From positions 36,940,388-37,004,387 of the forward strand of contig NC_092670.1 of assembly GCF_964355755.1 (NCBI RefSeq): a stretch of DNA of 64,000 bases, written 5' to 3'. Shown here piece by piece: positions 61,301-64,000 of this stretch. The stretch comes from Antedon mediterranea (lineage: Eukaryota; Animalia; Echinodermata). The notes under the pieces were generated by a model. The model made no database searches, had not been told where the DNA came from, and saw nothing but the letters and a program-made list of their open reading frames with translations. The first letter of the stretch is position 1, and the number at the start of each line of letters is the position of its first letter. The position numbers and the translations under genes were made by a program.

Positions 61301-62881
61301 ATTGGTTAAAACGCTTACGTTGCGTTTACGTCCTTGCGTTACGTTCTAGTGGGAACCAAGCTTTAAGAAGCACATTTAGGACAGAAATTGTAAGATGCCT
61401 CAAATTAAAGCTATTATCAGTCCAGAACGTTGCAACTATCGATGTTGAGACATGGTCTGTCAGCCACCAAAAGTATCTATCCAATACCAATAATTTTCTA
61501 ATTAAAAACCACATTTGGGACAAGAAATATTAGTCGGCGAGATTCTTCAATGCATAAGAGTTCAAAGCGCCGCCATCGTGTACTGAATTATAAAGGCCAA
61601 TTTACACAGACGAGCGGTAACGGTAATAAAAATAATGGAATCGATGTTATTCATTATGACCATTTACACAAAGCGCGGCGGAGCGGACGGATGGTTTCCG
61701 CTAAAGAGTGGTTCCCACTAGCGACGCAACACGAGGACGTAAACGCAACGCAAGCGTTTTAACCAATGACAAGCGAAGTCATAGACAGTTAGCAATCACA
61801 AGCGAATAAGCCATCGCTTGTGATAGGTCAATTCACTTGCGTTGCGTTACGTCCTTGTGTTGCGTCGCTAGTGGGAACCAAGCTTAAGGATATATATAGA
61901 TTCTACGGCGAGAAAAGCACGCGAGTTTCCGCTTGCCGTTCCCACTCGTCTGTGTAAATTCGCCATAACTTGTACATTTTTAAGAGTCAAATATAGTAGT
62001 GGGGAGTGTTTATGTAATAATGAATCATTGTTATATAGATTCTTACCCATGTTGGTTGATCAATTAAACACGAATTTTGAAGATGCTTAAATGCTTCTAT
62101 ATTGCAATTAGATACTGTTGTTTGGTTATCGGAGCTGTGAAAAAAAAGAAATACATATTATACAAATACATACAAAGAAATAAAAACTTTAAAATATTTG
62201 AAATACATTTTTTCCGTAGGAGAGTACGAATTGTAGCTTGAAATGTTTATTAAAATGTAATACGTTGTCGACAGACCCTAGAAGCGAACAAATCAAGTGT
62301 TTTCATGCAATATTGGGTCGGCAGCCATTTTAAAATGGCCACAATTTTTATTAAATATGATCAAAAAGTTCTGCTTATGCAGCTGGAGATTTTTTTCTGT
62401 TAGTCATTTGTGTACCGTTCAACTAACGATGTATGAAGATAGTGTTCTCTCTATTGTAGTTTTTACAAAACATCAGTAACGATTGTTCTTTCAGAAATTG
62501 ATAATTTCTAACCTTGAAAAATTACTAAATAAATCATCCATTAAACATTGCTCCTGAGCACCGCACTTGCACGACTCTGTAATTAAATTATTTTTATATT
62601 AATTGCTATTTTTATTTCACCGAAATTCATCATATATCTCGCCATAACAGACTGTATGTCGTCTGTTAAAATATTAGGTAGCCCCCTATAGTTTATATTA
62701 TGAGACGAATGTAGAGGGCATACTTTTTCAAGGCTATAACAGAAAATTTAAGAATATAAATAGATGCTCTGATACTTATTCTTTATTATAACTTACCGGA
62801 TAAGTTGTTTGTGTCTGTGAAACCTAAATTTCTACCCAGTCCATACATAACCTGTCTAGCTATAGTTCCCACGTCTTCAAT
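46311..62881 (-). CDS. ADAM-family (disintegrin and metalloproteinase domain) protein, predicted non-catalytic (ADAM11/22/23-like), 5' exons not located
   Basis: Minus-strand GT-AG exons, phase-consistent: 62881-62797 (VMYGLGRNLGFTD), 62576-62513 (CKCGAQEQCLM, Met-turn), 62134-62047 (SNC..CLIDQP), 60990-60916 (CGNGFIETGEQCDC), 56971-56903 (C..CCQDCN), 55004-54950, 52204-52123, 51776-51675, 50635-50494 (..VCSNNG), 49778-49552 (VCSETTKKCLCECNWTGRLC + TM IIAGFLGILFAAAVISGA), 47759-47670, 47344-47260, and 46391-46311 (last tail exon uncertain). Confidence 0.86.
46552..46850 (-). mobile_element. tRNA-derived SINE with core-like domain and (tta)n tail
   Basis: The minus strand has ccttaggcaagatacttt..ctctccacccatggtgtataaatggg and a gctatataaa..(tta)n tail. 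A + strand 3' fragment of the same family lies at about 11010-11165 (shared ctagctgcattat.ggagta). Confidence 0.6.
48810..49240. repeat. Diverged ~245-bp tandem duplication
   Basis: aaatagaggcga..cactgtta.tacatcagaaa..gtaaaagtgagccccctatc..taggtggcgtattaactttgta occurs twice. Confidence 0.75.
50143..50471. mobile_element. Family A MITE (50191-50369) nested inside a related MITE
   Basis: Inner copy flanked by taa at 50188-50190 and 50370-50372. Outer TIRs on either side. Confidence 0.82.
52617..54924. repeat. 36-bp tandem satellite, about 64 copies
   Basis: Unit tgcactgtgtactaggaatataaaatataatatcta, head-to-tail with no spacers. It generates the repetitive ORFs in the track. Confidence 0.97.
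55454..56374 (+). CDS. Intronless class A GPCR, paralog of 41185-42159, nested antisense in an ADAM intron
   Basis: ATG at 55454 (MDNKT, N-glycosylation sequon). GN, KLRNTTN, LAISD, VRF, CGLP and NPLNY motifs. Shares VTKNLF and SLAIIIPGT with the other GPCR. Confidence 0.92.
   Translation: MDNKTFTEDELYSKTNRLVQAIVLCFVCLSGIIGNCLVLLAIILKRKLRNTTNVFVANLAISDLVTCLNLPVTIFALTSENDQPLNECVCAMSAVITIVCAGSSVYTLACIALVRFVYVTNFKYKSLLTMKYSAIISLIAWIISTCFTVSPLLIPDLGTFGYNGKYHSCTWISPRYLYNIILGSAFYPITFLCIIFSYSSILGIVCKRTTNAVQPANAGQATRNITKRNLSVTKNLFCVFCIFVFCGLPYSLAIIIPGTERIISYTAVLFMFNCFLNPLNYALKHPEFKKAMPEVIKCKRVISSNR
57066..57465. repeat. Tandem ~200-bp duplication including a family A MITE and its flank
   Basis: tacgtagatgcaatatgaaagttaataa..tgttgttccgtaaagcttggttcccactacagacgcaac occurs twice. 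Confidence 0.82.
58974..60895. mobile_element. hAT-like non-autonomous element
   Basis: Ends caggcccgtagccag / ctggctaaggacctg, GC-rich subterminal repeats, flanks aataatta and aattatga (6 of 8 match). Confidence 0.65.
59439..60541. mobile_element. Tc1/mariner-pogo (Tc2-like) non-autonomous element nested in the hAT-like element
   Basis: TIR ccgtatatttcggtgta(t/c)aag(a/t)cgcac with TA on both sides. Confidence 0.78.
61176..61362. mobile_element. Family A MITE
   Basis: TIRs flanked by tta/tta, nearly identical to 1123-1301. Confidence 0.85.
61594..61965. mobile_element. Harbinger-like MITE (ggccaatttacacagacgag TIR) containing a family A MITE at 61705-61884
   Basis: Outer TIRs match and the inner copy is flanked by taa/taa. 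A related uninterrupted copy lies at about 40904-41003. Confidence 0.8.
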
Positions 62882-64000
62882 CTATACAACATAAGATTAA
62901 GAATAACATAACAATTATTATGTAGATATCATAAGCCCAGAATATATCATAATTACTTATTACTAGGCCCTACGTTAATTTAAATTATACAGTATAGATA
63001 GATTGCCTAGGCAAAATGATAATATAATTATTAATTAAAGTATAATATCAATATATCGCAATTTACCAAATAACCTAACTAAAATAAAGGAGATTATTTT
63101 TGAAAACTCTTTTGAGTTTGACTTGTAACATCTATTATAATGCACACTCAGAATACAAGATGATAATGATATGAAATATCATAGTTATTATAGATTACGT
63201 CATCGCGTAATTAAGATTAATGCGCGTGGTTAAAAAAGTCAAAATTCACGTTAGATGAATGGTCTTAAAAACTGATGCCGAGTGAGATAGAGAACAGCGG
63301 AAGACTAGTGTCTGCATAGTAATACATGTGTTGACATTAAATATTACTGTATTAGATAAGTAAGACATGAATATTTTCTTATGTCTGACGCATAATATAT
63401 TTAATTAGTTCCAAATGCTATTTTGTTAGATGTTGTTATTAGGATCAACATGATTAGGAAATCAGGGAATCTTCCCTGCTTCCTGATGAAATTCACTACT
63501 GTTCACTAACTTCCTTCTTAGAGAAATAAACAAGAAGTTTTCCAACCGTTTATTACTTTTTGGAATAGTGTATCCTTATGATTGAATTCTTCTTCTTTAG
63601 AATTTAAAAGACATTTCTAGTATTTCTTATTTTAGAATGTTTATATATAATTAGACTTAGAATGCACTGGGTTTTGAGGTAATTTATTATTTATCTAAAT
63701 AGAAACGAAATGTGTTCATTGTTGAGCTATTAATAGTACTATATCAATTATAGAAAGCACTCTTTGGCTTTCAATAATTCAATTCTCCATCAAATAGAAA
63801 CACTGGAGCTTTTCTACGCAGTCTTAGTATGTTTACCTTTGCCTCTATGATAATACTATTACAATTACTAATACAATTATACGATACATTATTTTATGGA
63901 AATGTTATGGAAATTCGTTGATTAAACTTCCTAAGTTTCAATTCACGAAGGAATTGGTATCTTTCATGCTATATTACACTTTTCGATAGCGTCAGCTCAT

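Overview
AT-rich, intron-rich eukaryotic DNA. A marine invertebrate deuterostome such as an echinoderm is plausible, but that is inference only. Most entries in the ORF track are noise. The left half holds two tandem GT29 sialyltransferase genes (ST6GalNAc I/II-like) on the + strand, which I rebuilt exon by exon with consistent phases. Paralog 1 has two homologous, frame-incompatible copies of exon 5 (candidate mutually exclusive exons). Paralog 2 has two intact copies of its catalytic last exon plus two truncated decoy copies. Intron 4 of paralog 1 holds an otherwise intact CR1/L2-type LINE interrupted by a 1500-bp P-element-like DNA transposon (CATGG TIRs, 7-bp TSD), and two apparent excision footprints of that family lie elsewhere in the window. 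The right half holds two intronless class A GPCR paralogs and a minus-strand, many-small-exon ADAM-family gene with a degenerate zinc motif that the ORF track misses. One GPCR and a 2.3-kb 36-bp satellite sit inside introns of that gene. The rest is MITEs (Harbinger-, hAT-, Kolobok- and Tc1/mariner-like), SINE and RTE fragments, and two Penelope-type ends carrying minimal hammerhead ribozyme motifs. Everything was read by eye, with no database searches, so family names rest on motif recognition.
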